Notes: generated by a model not told the origin, from the sequence alone. DNA of 64,000 nt from Octopus sinensis (GCF_006345805.1 NC_043000.1:10292001-10356000); one strand, 5' to 3'. Counted from the stretch's first letter, positions 1 to 11,884 are shown. Made by a program: numbers and translations.

Positions 1-293
1 ATAATTCACCTCAGGAAACATGGGTGTTTCGTTCAACATCCTTAAACAACCCTTATTCAGGGACCTTGTGAGCGGGATGGGCTACTCGACCAGAAAAAAT
101 ATCTAACTGGGCCCCACCTGCAAAGTCATGTGCTGTTTATCTTGATATGAGATCACCATGTCGCGCACATATGGTTGTGATGCATGTGCCTAGTGTGCCC
201 TTGTCGGACGGGTGGTCACGATAGGTATGCTGGGTTTGTATATTTTACCCCAGTGTCATTTTGATAGCATGCACTGCTCTCTCACTCAATAAG

Positions 294-295
<2 letters not shown>
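1..295 (+). mobile_element. Interspersed repeat family D (SINE-like, ends in (AAT)n); left end cut by the window
   Basis: Aligns by eye to 2160-2237 plus 2930-3115 (cttaaacaacccttattcag..., taactgggccc...gtgatgcatgtgcct...accccagtgtca...ctctctca followed by (AAT)n). Confidence 0.6.
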
Positions 296-325
<30 letters not shown>

Positions 326-1034
326 CAACAACAACTACGATGATGATGATGATGATTTCTTTTATTTGCCACAGGGACATCGGATGAGCGGGGCATTAAA
401 AGGATTTTCAAGTGGCTGGAAGAATTTTAAACAGATCCCTTCAACCGAATTTCACTCACAAACAAGATTAATTTGGGCCGATCTGAGACTAGAGTAGGGA
501 AAAAAATCGCCTTACTAGATACTGCGTAGTTGAGTGCGATTAAACCCGAAACCACGTAGCTACGAAACAAAACTCTTAAACCTCACAGTCAAGCCTGCGC
601 CATTTTGATAATTTGGTAACATCGTTATAACTTTTTTAACTGAGAAATATATATCGTGTGTGCCACACATCCTTTACGAGTATTTCTTTAATTTATGAGA
701 TATGTCAGTAAAATTGTAATGTGAATTACAATTAATATAGCAGTAATTCAGGAGTGTCTGCTCTCATAACTGTCACAATTCAGGGATAAAAATCTTTTAT
801 CTACATTTGTATGACAGGAGGAGAAACTCTTTGGATTCCGTTTGTTGTTGGCGGTGTTGTTATTGCTGTTGTTGTTGTTGCTGCTGTTGTTATTGTTGTT
901 GTTTTTATCTCTTGCAAATAATCTAGTCATTATTTTATTGTTCCCAGTGTTTTGATCTGATGCGGAGTGGCTCGTTAATTATCATCATTATCAGTATAAT
1001 ATCATCGTCATCGTCATCATCATCATCATCAACA

Positions 1035-1074
<40 letters not shown>

Positions 1075-1186
1075 TGTAGTAGTAGTAGTAGTAGTAGTAG
1101 TTTTATAACAAAAGCAAAGGATGATAATCATTATTTCTCGTGTGTGTGTATATTTACATATATATATACATACATACATACATACA

Positions 1187-1223
<37 letters not shown>

Positions 1224-1259
1224 ACACATGTATGTGATGTAATACAGAGTAATATCATT

Positions 1260-1347
<88 letters not shown>
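1260..1347. repeat. (GATA)n microsatellite, preceded by (TACA)n at ~1165-1215
   Basis: Direct reading. Confidence 0.95.
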
Positions 1348-1429
1348 CAACTTTTATAAGTTTATATTACATAAACAAACATACAAACTTGCAAGTGATG
1401 TGACATACGTAAAGCCTACAATATTAATG

Positions 1430-1615
1430 ATCCTTTGTACTATAGGTACAAGGTCTGCAATTTGGGGTTGGGGGACTAGTTGATTAAATTGACCCCAATG
1501 TTTCACTGGTACTTGATTTATCGACCCCAAAAGGAGAAAAGGCAAAGTCGACCTCGGTGGAATTTAAACTTATAATGGCTGACGAAATGCCACTAAGCAA
1601 TTTGCCCGGCAATAA
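1430..1615 (-). mobile_element. Degraded SINE A copy
   Basis: Contains the family A core ctggtacttgatttatcgacccc...aaggcaaagtcgacctcgg in reverse orientation. Confidence 0.65.
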
Positions 1616-1628
1616 GGCAATAATAATA

Positions 1629-1671
<43 letters not shown>

Positions 1672-1858
1672 CTCTGATGCAATACTATACAGTGACTCTC
1701 ATGGCTTCTGATCTTAACTCATTGGAAGTGTTAATATGTACATGTTTTTCTTGATGTAAAAGGTGGACTATAGCAAGTATTCTGCTCAATACCAGAGATT
1801 TTCTTGTCTGTTGCTTGACCATAACCAGTTGGGCATGTCCCATACTAGCTGACGATAT

Positions 1859-2080
1859 GTGGCAGAAACGTTAGCACGCCGAGCGAAATGCTTAGCGGTA
1901 TTTCGTCTGCCGTTACGTTCTGAGTTCAAATTCTGCCGAAGTCGACTTTGCCTTTCATCCTTTCGGGGTCGATTAAATAAGTACCAGTTACGCACTGGGG
2001 TCGATATAATCGACTTTATCCGTTTGTCTGTCCTTGTTTGTCCTCTCTGTGTTTAGCCCCTTGTGGGTAGTAAAGAAACA
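1859..2080 (+). mobile_element. SINE A (tRNA-derived), slightly 5'-truncated
   Basis: B-box gagttcaaattc, core gtcgactttgcctttcatcctttcggggtcga, tail gccccttgtgggtagtaaagaaa; matches copies at 9321, 11253, 22411. Confidence 0.85.
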
Positions 2081-2299
2081 GATATGTGTATCTCTGATCA
2101 TGAGCAAGGATAGTGGAGAAGCATCATAGCCATGTGTTTGGAGGGATTTTTGTGGTTTCGAATAATTCATCCTTGTATATATGAGTATTTCGTTCATCGT
2201 CCTTAAACAACCCTTATTCAGAGACGTTTTGAGCAGGAAGTAAGAGACCTCAACACACTGAAATATGCCGTTGCAATAACACCGAATGAATGCAAGAAA

Positions 2300-2785
2300 A
2301 CTGAAAAAGAATTTGAAAAGGAATGGAAGGACAAACTTATTCACGGGCAGCACCCTGGAAATAAAGTAGGCATTGATTGGGGAAGAGCTGGTCGTGGCTT
2401 AGAAATTGCTATCTGCAAGTGTGCAATGAGGCTCTAATATGCAGCGCCAGGGAGCAGGCTCTCTGAATTAAATTCATTGAAAATCATGTTGACAAAACGA
2501 AAGGATCACTATTATGTAGAACGTGTGCAACAAAAGGAGAAATGGTCAGCCATCTTGTAAGTGAATATGCTAAGCTGGCACAGCGAGTGTACAAAAACGA
2601 CATGATAATGTTGCCAGATATATCGATAGGATGATATCTGAGAAATGTGTGTTTATTAGAGCAGCTAAATGGTATGAGTAGAAACCTGAAGAGAATGACA
2701 AATTTAATTTTTTGTGAGTTCGCCTGTCAATGTCATAGAAATATTGAAGCAAGAAGACCAGATATTGCAGTTGTCAATTAGAAAG
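2300..2785 (+). mobile_element. Old, degraded R4/Dong-clade LINE fragment (zinc knuckle to restriction-like endonuclease region)
   Basis: Manual translation across stops and frameshifts gives EWKDKLIHGQH, EALICSAREQAL, CRTCATKGEMVSHLVSE-AKLAQ, RHDNVARYI, WYE-KPE, IEARRPDIAVV, which follow the R4/Dong C-terminal motif order. Confidence 0.75.
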
Positions 2786-3135
2786 AAACTGATAGCAAAA
2801 AATGATAGATATCATTGCTTGCCAACTAGTATTGTTATATCACTGCAACCAGCAATCCTTCAGAAAGATATAGATAAAATAAGAAACAGAGTTAAAATAG
2901 TATTGGGGCTGTGCAAATGAGGGGAAAATTTTAACTGGGCCCATCTGAAAGGTCATGCGTTGTTTATCTTGATATATAGGTCACCATTTCGCGCACGTAT
3001 GGTTGTGATGCATGTGCCTGGTGTACATTTATCAGACGGGTAGTAATGATGGGTATATTGGGCATCGTCTATTTGTACCCCAGTGTCACTTCGATGGTGT
3101 TTGCTGCTCTCTCAATAATAATAATAGTAATAATA

Positions 3136-3186
<51 letters not shown>

Positions 3187-3189
<3 letters not shown>

Positions 3190-3552
3190 GATGTATCAAT
3201 ACCGGCAGATGACAACGTGTCTCTAAAAGAAATGGAGAAACTTTCAAAATACAAATACCTGGAAATAGAGGTAACCAGAATGTGGAATCTGAAAACAGAA
3301 ACAATTCCTATCATAGTAGGTGCATTAGGCATGATAAAAAAAATATTCAGACAAATACATAACAAAAACACCAGGACTTACAAACACATATAACATACAG
3401 AAAATTGCACTACTAGGCACTGCACACATCCTACGCAGAACACTTTCCATACAATAACCATCAGAGCATCACAACAAATCACAGCACATACCCAAGGCGC
3501 ACAGAGCTGCGCTCGGTAGTGAAGTGAAAGCACGCTATAAAAATAAAAACTA

Positions 3553-3555
<3 letters not shown>
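3187..3555 (+). mobile_element. 5'-truncated R4/Dong-like LINE 3' end (RLE C-terminus plus 3' UTR)
   Basis: ORF 3046..3393 contains IDVSIPADDNVSLKEMEKLSKYKYLEIEVTRMWNLKTETIPIIVGALGMIKK. After a frameshift it continues ...NIQKIALLGTAHILRRTLSIQ*. (AAT)n lies on both sides. Confidence 0.85.
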
Positions 3556-3595
<40 letters not shown>

Positions 3596-3654
3596 TAATA
3601 ATAATAATAATAATAACAACAACAAAAATAACAAAAGTAATAATAATAATAATG

Positions 3655-3688
<34 letters not shown>

Positions 3689-3707
3689 TAATAATAATAA
3701 TTATAAT

Positions 3708-3748
<41 letters not shown>

Positions 3749-3783
3749 CAACAAAAATAACAAAAGTAATAATAATAATAATG

Positions 3784-3833
<50 letters not shown>

Positions 3834-3836
3834 TAT
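3556..3836. repeat. (AAT)n tract with variant units
   Basis: Direct reading; source of the poly-I/poly-Y ORFs. Confidence 0.95.
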
Positions 3837-4129
3837 ATGAGAATGATCCCTGGCTTACCATCCCTGCAAGAAGTGCAAAAGATTGTCTTAACTGGTACAT
3901 CACACGTATTGAGAAGAGCATTGTCGATGTGAGAACTGTTGCTGCTCATGTATTTTAATTTAACTTTAAAAAAAAAATTTTTTTTAAAAAGGACGATCTA
4001 CTGAGTTTGGTTTAATGGCCTACCATTGTATACTATGAGTTTCTTTGCCCTAGGAGTCGGGAAGACACTCGGCAAGAAATGGAAGCAAATTTGAAAGGAA
4101 AAAAAATGATAATAATACTAAAAAAGAGA

Positions 4130-4184
<55 letters not shown>

Positions 4185-4219
4185 TAATAATGATAATTGT
4201 TGTAGAGCTACCTCATACG

Positions 4220-4415
4220 TGACTTTCTTAGGGCTCTCTTGAATGCGTTGACAAAGCGTTCTACCTGCCAGTTAGATCTGGGATGGTATGGCGCCGTAGT
4301 TACACGTTCTACAGCGAAGGTTATACATAACTTTTTTTAGTTCTAAAGACCCAAATTGCGGTCCATTGTCAGACACTATTACGTTTGGGATGCCAAATCT
4401 CACAAACAGCTCATA
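4220..4415 (-). mobile_element. Ty3/Gypsy integrase core fragment
   Basis: YELFVRFGIPNVIVSDNGPQFGS, then after a frameshift HPRSNWQVERFVNAFKRALRK (DDE integrase D and E motifs). Confidence 0.85.
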
Positions 4416-4435
4416 TATATGTGTGGGGGAGGGTG

Positions 4436-4469
4436 TTTGTGTGTGTGTATGTGTGTGTGTGTGTGTGTG

Positions 4470-4556
<87 letters not shown>
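4436..4556. repeat. (TG)n microsatellite
   Basis: Direct reading. Confidence 0.95.
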
Positions 4557-4557
<1 letters not shown>

Positions 4558-5096
4558 GGGTATATGTTGATAATGCGTGTAATTGATGTGTGGTGTAATA
4601 TGTGTGGGCATGTAGGCATAGAAAGGCTATTACGCTGATTTTCTATTCCGTTATTGAGGATAGGTTCGAGGTCACCTTATCTACATGCTCACGCGCGACC
4701 ATACACACACACACACAGATGCACATATTTATGTGTGTGTGTGTGTGTGTGTGTGTTGTGGAACGAGAGACAAGAATACACACATACAGAAACTACGCAG
4801 AACGCCTGCACACACGCAAACAGGCATGGAAGTGTGCACAACAATATGCTTTCGTACACTACTTATTTAGCGAACAAGACGTTTCTGACATGGAATATTC
4901 CCATGTCAACTTCATTGACATCAGACAATGAGAACAAATTTCGAAGGTGATGACAGTTGCAAGATGATTTTCCCGTGTCCGCCCCATTTGATTGTGTAAT
5001 AATACATCCACCTCAATGTCACCAGCATTTGATTGTGTAATACTGTCTGACGGAGGATCCCGTCGTATCTGTTGTCTTTGACTTTTGACCTTCTAC

Positions 5097-5305
5097 GTGT
5101 TTCAATCGCCAGATTACGACCCTACTGGGGCACCGCTTTGACGGGTTTTAGTCGAAGCCAGCAGTTATTTTTTAAAATCCACTACTTCTTCTACCGGTCT
5201 CGTTTGCCGAACTGCTAAGTTACGGGGACGTAAACAAACCAACAGCGATTGTCAAGCAGTGGCGGAAGGGAGGATAAAGACATGCACAAAAAGACACACA
5301 CATAG
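5097..5305 (-). mobile_element. Degraded SINE C, 3' half
   Basis: tttgccgaactgctaagttacggggacgtaaacaaaccaac matches family C. Confidence 0.7.
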
Positions 5306-5481
5306 GTATGTCTTTATCTACCCCTTTTACGTGCTGCGATATTCTCGTTGTTGCTGTACCTTCATTCAACAGGCCAATTATCAAAGTTATTCTATGTGTG
5401 ATTAACCCTCCTCTTTTTTTTTCTAATTTTTAAACATCGAGCATTGAAAAGTATATGTCTAATTAGACCTTTCTTTTCTCG

Positions 5482-5624
5482 TGGTTGAGAAGTTCGCGTT
5501 GCAATTATGTGGTTTCGAGTTCAATACTACCGCGCAGCACTTTGAGCAAGTGACGACTCTAGCCCTGGACTGACAATGCCTTATGAATAAATTTAGTAGA
5601 AGGAAATTCTGTGGAAGCCTGTCT

Positions 5625-5625
<1 letters not shown>
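5482..5625 (+). mobile_element. Degraded SINE C, 5' half, running into its internal (TA)n
   Basis: gcactttgagcaagtg...gccttatgaataaatttagtagaaggaaa...gaagcctgtc(ttata) resembles the family C head. Confidence 0.55.
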
Positions 5626-5685
<60 letters not shown>

Positions 5686-5697
<12 letters not shown>

Positions 5698-6053
5698 GGC
5701 AGTTTGTCTGTGCGTGTTTCTGTGTGTCCGTTTGCTTGTACCCTCACCCTGACCACGGCTTTCAACCGATTCTGATGAAACTTGACACACACATAGCCCA
5801 ATGTCATAATTCAAAACTAACGCAGCGAAAATTTTGTAAAGTTCCCCCAGTTCTGAAAAAGATCGATAAATTCGACATGGGGTCGAGAATTAGAAACACA
5901 AACCGCAAACTGTCTAGGGGACGCAACTCCACCTTTTTTAACTCTCAAAAAAAATTTACCATCGTTTTTTTCCATTTTTTGGCTATAACTCTCTAAAAAT
6001 GCTTTATAGTTATTTCCCTTACAAACCTGAGCAACGCCGGGCGATACTGCTAG
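5686..6053 (+). mobile_element. Non-autonomous Helitron, copy 1 (5' end buried in (TA)n)
   Basis: 3' GC-rich hairpin-like motif cctgagcaacgccggg followed by CTAG|T; nearly identical to 6383-6766. Confidence 0.8.
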
Positions 6054-6382
6054 TAAATGATACAATTTCATTTATTGGATCCTTAGTCACTTCATACCGA
6101 TGAGATTCAATTAAATCGAAATGGTGTGTCTGTATGTAGATATTAAGGACTATATAGTTGGAACGAGAAAATCAAATCAAATTAAATATATAAAAATTAT
6201 ATGATGTATTTCACTCCATTAAACTTTACCAACGAAAAATTAGATAAATTCCAGACGGTTCTCCCTCTCTTTCGCAACAAAAAGAAACAACTTCTTCTCT
6301 CTCGCACTCTCTTTCTCTCTCTCTCTCTCTCTCTCTGCGCGCGTGTATACGTGTACGTATGTATATATGTATGCATGTAATA

Positions 6383-6766
6383 TCTCTCTCTATATAAACG
6401 GCAGTTTGTCTGTGCGTGTTTCTGTGTGTCCGTTTGCTTGTACCCTCACCCTGACCACGGCTTTCAACCGATTCTGATGAAACTTGACACACACATAGCC
6501 CAATGTCATAATTCAAAACTAACGCAGCGAAAATTTTGTAAAGTTCCCCCAGTTCTGAAAAAGATCGATAAATTCGACATGGGGTCGAGAATCAGAAACA
6601 CAAACCGCAAACTGTCTAGGGGACGCAACTCCACCTTTTTTAACTCTCAAAAAAAATTTACCATCGTTTTTTTCCATTTATTGGCTATTTTTTGGCTATA
6701 ACTCTCTAAAAATGCTTTATAGTTATTTCCCTTACAAACCTGAGCAACGCCGGGCGATACTGCTAG
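6383..6766 (+). mobile_element. Non-autonomous Helitron, copy 2
   Basis: A|TC 5' start (tctctctctatataaacggc), 3' motif plus CTAG|T, no TSD. Confidence 0.82.
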
Positions 6767-7328
6767 TATATATATATATGAACTTTACAGAAGTTCCTAC
6801 CGTTAATCGGCTATATTTACATACCGAATTCTACCAGTAAATAATTGTGGTCTTTTTTTAAAAACCATTATAGAAATTATTTACTCTTATTATTATATAT
6901 ATAAGGCTTTCTTTGCTACAGATGTATCATCATATTAATTGTTGTCTTCGTGTGGCCCTAAGCCTTTATTCTGTTTATTATCTTGTCCTTCGTCCGTCTA
7001 TTAACGGTTTCGTCTCGAGCCCGTTTCGTTTTGTTATATTTTCGTGTCCTTCCCGGGCAAGTTTTTTTGCCGGTGCCCCCAGAGTGGAAGCAATATATTA
7101 TCGATAATGGCCAAAATTGTGCTCGACCCTCTGGCCGATAACTGAAGAGGAGTTGGCGATCTTCTATGTTTTCCGTTCGTCTGTGTATTTAGTATACGTT
7201 CGTATGTTTATTTACTATACGTTTTTAAATTTTATGTGTGTGTATATATATATATATATGTGACCGCGTGTGTATCGTTGGCGATTTTTTTCCTCCGTCT
7301 TCCCTTCCTTAGATCTTTCCTTTTCCTG

Positions 7329-7365
7329 TGTTTCTGACGAAGAGCTCCGCTCGAAACGTTAAATC
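7329..7365 (+). ncRNA. Candidate minimal hammerhead ribozyme in a PLE pLTR-like segment (~6960-7385)
   Basis: CTGACGA (7334-7340), A, stem II GAGC-tcc-GCTC, GAAA (7353-7356), CGT palindromic stem III. Stem I is only ttt/aaa and the triplet is GUU. Confidence 0.45.
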
Positions 7366-7615
7366 CTCCTTCTTTCTTTCCTTTCTTTTCTTTCTTCAGC
7401 CATCCATTCCTGTGTCACTAGAGCCATGTGTGATAGTGCAAAGTCTTTCTGAAACACATATGGCCTTCCATTGCATACACTGTCTATCCAGGGCTTAACA
7501 ATTATTTCCAAGACCTCAATGTAGGCGGCAGAGTTAACACTAAGACATTGTGGAAAGAAGTAAGGAAAGCATCACATGTCCTTCATTGCTGACAATCCCT
7601 AAATATATATATATA

Positions 7616-7964
7616 TATATTAATCAAAGGACATACTAAGCATGTCTACCTGCTGGAAATAACTGTCAAAACTCTTATTAAAATCGCCGAAAAAGCACTG
7701 ATAGTTGACTACTACAGAAATCAACCGTCTGCGAGCAAACGGGTCAAGACGATCTTTTAATATACATTCAAGTATTTAGACTAATACTTGAATGTATGTC
7801 AAAAGATTATCTTGACCCGTTTGTTCGCAGACGGTTGATTTCTGTAGTTATTATCGGTGTTTTTGTTTTTTTTTTTTGGTTTTTTGTTTTCGGCGATTTA
7901 AATAAGAGTTTAGACTGTTATTTCCATCAGGCAGACATTCTTAGTATGTGCTTTGATTAATATA
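7616..7964. mobile_element. ~350 bp foldback/MITE-like element, palindromic over its whole length
   Basis: atattaatcaaag...ctacagaaatcaaccgtctgcg...cattcaagtatt [tagact] aatacttgaatg...cgcagacggttgatttctgtag...ctttgattaatat; TA at both ends. Confidence 0.75.
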
Positions 7965-8129
7965 AATTTTAATCCTTCAGCTATTTAATGCTTTTTGGGG
8001 CCTGCAATCGCCCGTATTATTGATTTTGTTATTATTATTTTTAATTGTTACACTAGATAATAACAGAATCAATATCTTCGCAATAATATTTTTCTCCTGA
8101 ATTATTTTCCTCATATATATATATATCCA

Positions 8130-8361
8130 TGTGCGTATGTTTGACTGTCTGTCCCACACCGTCGCTTGAAAACCGATGTTGGTGTGCTTAGTCCCTGTAA
8201 TCTAGCAGTTCGGCAAAAGAGACCGATAGAATAAGTACTAGGCTTACAAAGAATAAGTCCTGGGGTCGATTTCTTCGAATAAAAAGAAAACCCTTTATGG
8301 TGGTGCTCCAGCATGGCCGCAGTCATGGCCTGAAACAAGTAAAAGAATGAAAGAATAAAAG
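8130..8361 (+). mobile_element. SINE C, 3' half
   Basis: gttcggcaaaagagaccgatagaataagtactagg...gtgctccagcatggccgcagtc...ctgaaacaagtaaaag. Confidence 0.8.
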
Positions 8362-9320
8362 TGTAAAGGTGTACAGAGCATACACATTTTTTTCTACATA
8401 CACATTATAAAGTTCTTAGCTTCCAGTCGTTGGTAGACATGTAGAGCGCTATTTCATCTCTTTTTTGAATTATCAGTACGACATAACTTGAGGCAAACAA
8501 ATTAAGCTAAATTCAACATTTTACGAAATTAGACATTTCTTATAGAGCAAAAATAGTTTATAGCTTAAAAGACGATCTTGATTTTATTTTTTATATTTTT
8601 TCCTGATTGATCGTTAAATTCTCTGCAAAAGAGAAGAGAGAGAGTAGGGGAAAATTTATTATATGTCAGTTAAGTTAGATAATTATATTTTATCTTATAA
8701 CTGAAGTTTGTCTCCCCGTCTATATTTATGTGTACGAGACCGACTAAAGTATGTACTTAGCTTATGTTGATAAACTAAACACATACTTTAGTCAGTTGTG
8801 AATGTGTGTCTCTATTTTCTAATAATCAGTTCTGAAAGCAATGCTTAAATACAACATGTCCATAAATATTTGGGTTCCCTTTCTACCAAGTTAAGCTCAT
8901 ATTTTTAGAATGTTTGAAGAGATAACTTCTATGACATCGGTGGAGAATTATAAACGTTCCGGATTGTCTTTGTACTGAATTCTTTTCTAAAATAATATCG
9001 GTAAGTATTTCAGGCGCATGGCTGTGAATTGGTAGAAAGGATCTGGCAAAAATTCTTTGTCGGTATTTAGTTACAGCCTTTATTTTTATGTTCCGAGTTC
9101 AAATCCTGTCGAGATCAACGTTACCGGAATCAATAAAGTATCATTTAAGCACTGAAGTCGATATAATCAACTATACCTAGTGGCAGAGCTAGAGTGTGTG
9201 CCGCCGAGGTATCCCTTAAGTTTTCCACTCCCTGGGCTCCCAAGACTATAGAGGATGATACAATAAATGTGCTACCCCATTGAAGTGTTGTCCCACTGCA
9301 GATGCACAACTGTGTATACC

Positions 9321-9551
9321 TATTTCTGTATTACCCGCAAGGGGCTAAACATGGAGGGGACAAACAAGGACAGACATAGGTATTAAGTCGATTACATCGA
9401 CCCCAGTGCGTAACTGGTACTTAATTTATCGACCCCGGAAGGATGAAAGGCAAAGTCGACCTCGGCGGAATTTGAACTCACAACGTAACGGCAGACAAAA
9501 TATCGCTAAGCATTTCGCCCGGCGTGCTAACGTTTCTGCCAGCTCGCCGCC
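9321..9551 (-). mobile_element. SINE A, full length
   Basis: Head ggcggcgagctggcagaaacg; TSD tgtgtatacc (9311-9320 and ~9555-9564). Confidence 0.9.
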
Positions 9552-9776
9552 TTTTGTGTATACCATCTCCTGAAATGTATGGTGTTGTACCAGTGTTAGA
9601 GATCAATATTTTTACAAGCATCGTACGTCAATTTCGGTAACCTTTCGAGTTTTCTACAAAATAAGATCCTCGATCAATCCCTTCTCAAGGGTCCCTCGGT
9701 GATTTGGAGCATTTTCTAACTTTTGAACCAAGAATTTACGTTATATATATATCTTTTTCATTTTCTTTATTTAGGC

Positions 9777-10664
9777 CAGAGGTCGCCAAACTTTTTCGAC
9801 CATCGACCCCCTTTAGCCACTTCTCCTTCGCCATTGACCACCCTCCTTGTTTAAAATATCTTAATACCCTACTCTACCGTACCATATATTAAATGCGTAC
9901 CGGGTACTGATGCTCGCAATTAAAATGTTAACTAAAATATATAAGTACGACAAATTAAGAAATTCTATTGAAGATGACACACTTTTTCCATATAAAACTT
10001 CGTGTACGAGTTTAGAGTATTAAACTTCCAATTTTTATGAAATTGTTTTCACGGTTAGAAAATGTGAAAAATGATCATATTGCTGGAATATCTTATACTC
10101 CTTTACTCCTTACTCCTTTACTTGTTTCAGTCATCTGACTGCGGCCATGCTGGAGCACCGCCTTTGGTCGAGCAAATCGACCCCGGGACTTATTCTTTGT
10201 AAGCCCAGTACTTATTCTATCGGTCTCTTTTGCCGAACCGCTAAGTGACGGGGACGTAAACACACCAGCACCGGTTGTCAAGCAATGCTAGAGGGACAAA
10301 CACAGACACACAAACATACATATACATATATATATACATATATACGACAGGCTTCTTTCAGTTTCCGTCTACCAAATCCACTCACAAGGCTTTGGTCGGC
10401 CCGAGGCTATAGCAGAAGACACTTGCCCAAGATGCCACGCAGTGGGACTGAACCCGGAACCATGTGGTTGGTTAGCACGCTACTTACCACACAGCCACTC
10501 CTATTGAAATTAACTACATCAATGTGAGGGATGAACATGGCACTGACTAAGTATTTCAAGCAGTTCATCTGCATGGGCTGGTCTTTCGTACGCCGAACCC
10601 CATTCGACCCCTTGGCTATCACCGACCCCTAGGGGATCCCTCGGACCCCCTTTGGCGACCCATG
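9777..10664. mobile_element. hAT-type non-autonomous DNA transposon carrying a nested SINE C
   Basis: Imperfect TIRs CAGAGGTCGCCAAA / TTTGGCGACCCATG; perfect 8-bp TSD atttaggc (9769-9776 and 10665-10672). Confidence 0.85.
10096..10502 (-). mobile_element. SINE C, near full length (tRNA head, CORE-like ccttgggcaagt segment, internal microsatellite, gagtaa-type tail)
   Basis: Matches copies at 15373, 25648, 30589, 33452, 56991. Confidence 0.9.
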
Positions 10665-10868
10665 ATTTAGGCAATATTTTCCATGATTAACACAATGTTC
10701 GACAGTTTTCAAGGCGACATTTGTAGTTATAACGGAGTTATTCGTATGCTTGCGGCGAGGTGCAAAGAAGTAAAGGTTTTGATGAGTCGAGACGAAAATC
10801 CAGTTCCAGTTCTCCTTTAAGAACTACTTTACTTGATTCATTTTCACCAACACTCCTATAAACGATGT

Positions 10869-11173
10869 GATCACCGTGACCGACCAGGCCATCAGATGTT
10901 GTTACACATCGCTGGTCACAATGCGCTTCGCATTATTTTAGCCTTCAAATGACGCCACCCCGCTGGCTAAGCGAGCAGACCAAGAGAAGAAAGAGTGAGA
11001 GAAAGTTGTGGCGAAAGAGTACAGCAAGGATCGCCACCATCCCCTGCCGGAGCCTCGTGAAGCTTTAGGTGTTTTCGCTCAATAAACACTCACAACGCCA
11101 GGTCTGGGAATCGAAACCGCAATCCTACGACCGCGAGTCCGCTGCCCTAACCACTAGGCCAGTGCGCCTCCAC
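10869..11173 (-). mobile_element. SINE B, tail type iii
   Basis: tRNA-like head gtggaggcgcactggcctagtggttagggcagcgg; TSD ataaacgatgt (10858-10868 and 11174-11184). Confidence 0.88.
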
Positions 11174-11252
11174 ATAAACGATGTAAACATTACAATTTCT
11201 CCTTCTCCCTTTCAATTGCTAGTTTCTTGTCGTTGTGTGTAATAACGTGGAA

Positions 11253-11468
11253 GGCGGCGAGCTGGCAGAAACGTTAGCACGCCAGTTTTTCGTCCGCCGC
11301 TACGTTCTGAGTTCAAATTCCGCCGAGGTCGACTTTGCCGTTCATCTTTTCGGGGTCGATGAATTAAGTACCAGTTACGCACTGGGGTCGATGTAATCGA
11401 CTTAATCCCTTTTTCTGTCCTTGTTTGTCCCCTCTATGTTTAGCTTCTTGTGGGCAATAAAGAAATAA
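11253..11468 (+). mobile_element. SINE A with internal deletion
   Basis: 17-bp TSD gtgtgtaataacgtgga on both sides. Confidence 0.9.
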
Positions 11469-11884
11469 GTGTGTAATAACGTGGAGTGTTCTCCACCGTT
11501 AATATCTCTTAAAGTTAATACTAGCTTCATTATTGCTTAAACTGTAATGAAAATTATACTAACTTAAGAGATATTTACTGCGCTCTTGCACACCAAGGTA
11601 CAGAAAGCTGATTCTACAGTGAATTGTGATTAATAGGGGTCTATGTTTGCATAGTTTTACAGTTTCCTTCCAATTATAACTAACTTATTTTACCAAGTGA
11701 ACATTTAAATATTCCATAACGTAAACGAATGTCATACGTAATCGTATTTCCATAGAAATAAAATTAAGAATATATTCCTACGATATCATGATACATCATA
11801 CAGTAAGTTAAAACTTTAATACTGTGAATAATGATAGATGATGATGATGATATATTAAGTATGGGGTTGGCAATATTACTTTTT

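Larger units (their letters stand above)
1740..3115 (+). mobile_element. Family D copy interrupted by a SINE A (1859-2080) and a ~690 bp LINE-containing insert (2238-2925)
   Basis: Pieces 2160-2237 and 2930-3115 are nearly contiguous when compared with the uninterrupted copy at 1-295 (about 15 nt missing at the break). Assignment of 1740-1858 to this element is tentative. Confidence 0.55.

Noticed and set aside
748-930. NKRNPKSF similar to the CR1 ORF2 linker motif K.NPK.FW
   Set aside because: Match too short, embedded in an (AAC)n tract.
5770-5790. ctgatga in the Helitrons (also ~6473), and other ctgatga/ctgaaga hits at ~7142, 28566, 36162, 50800, 56545
   Set aside because: No stem II followed by GAAA and stem III.
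11253-11340. SINE heads as true tRNA genes (also families B and C)
   Set aside because: A and B boxes are present, but there is no complete cloverleaf and each continues into a SINE body with TSDs.
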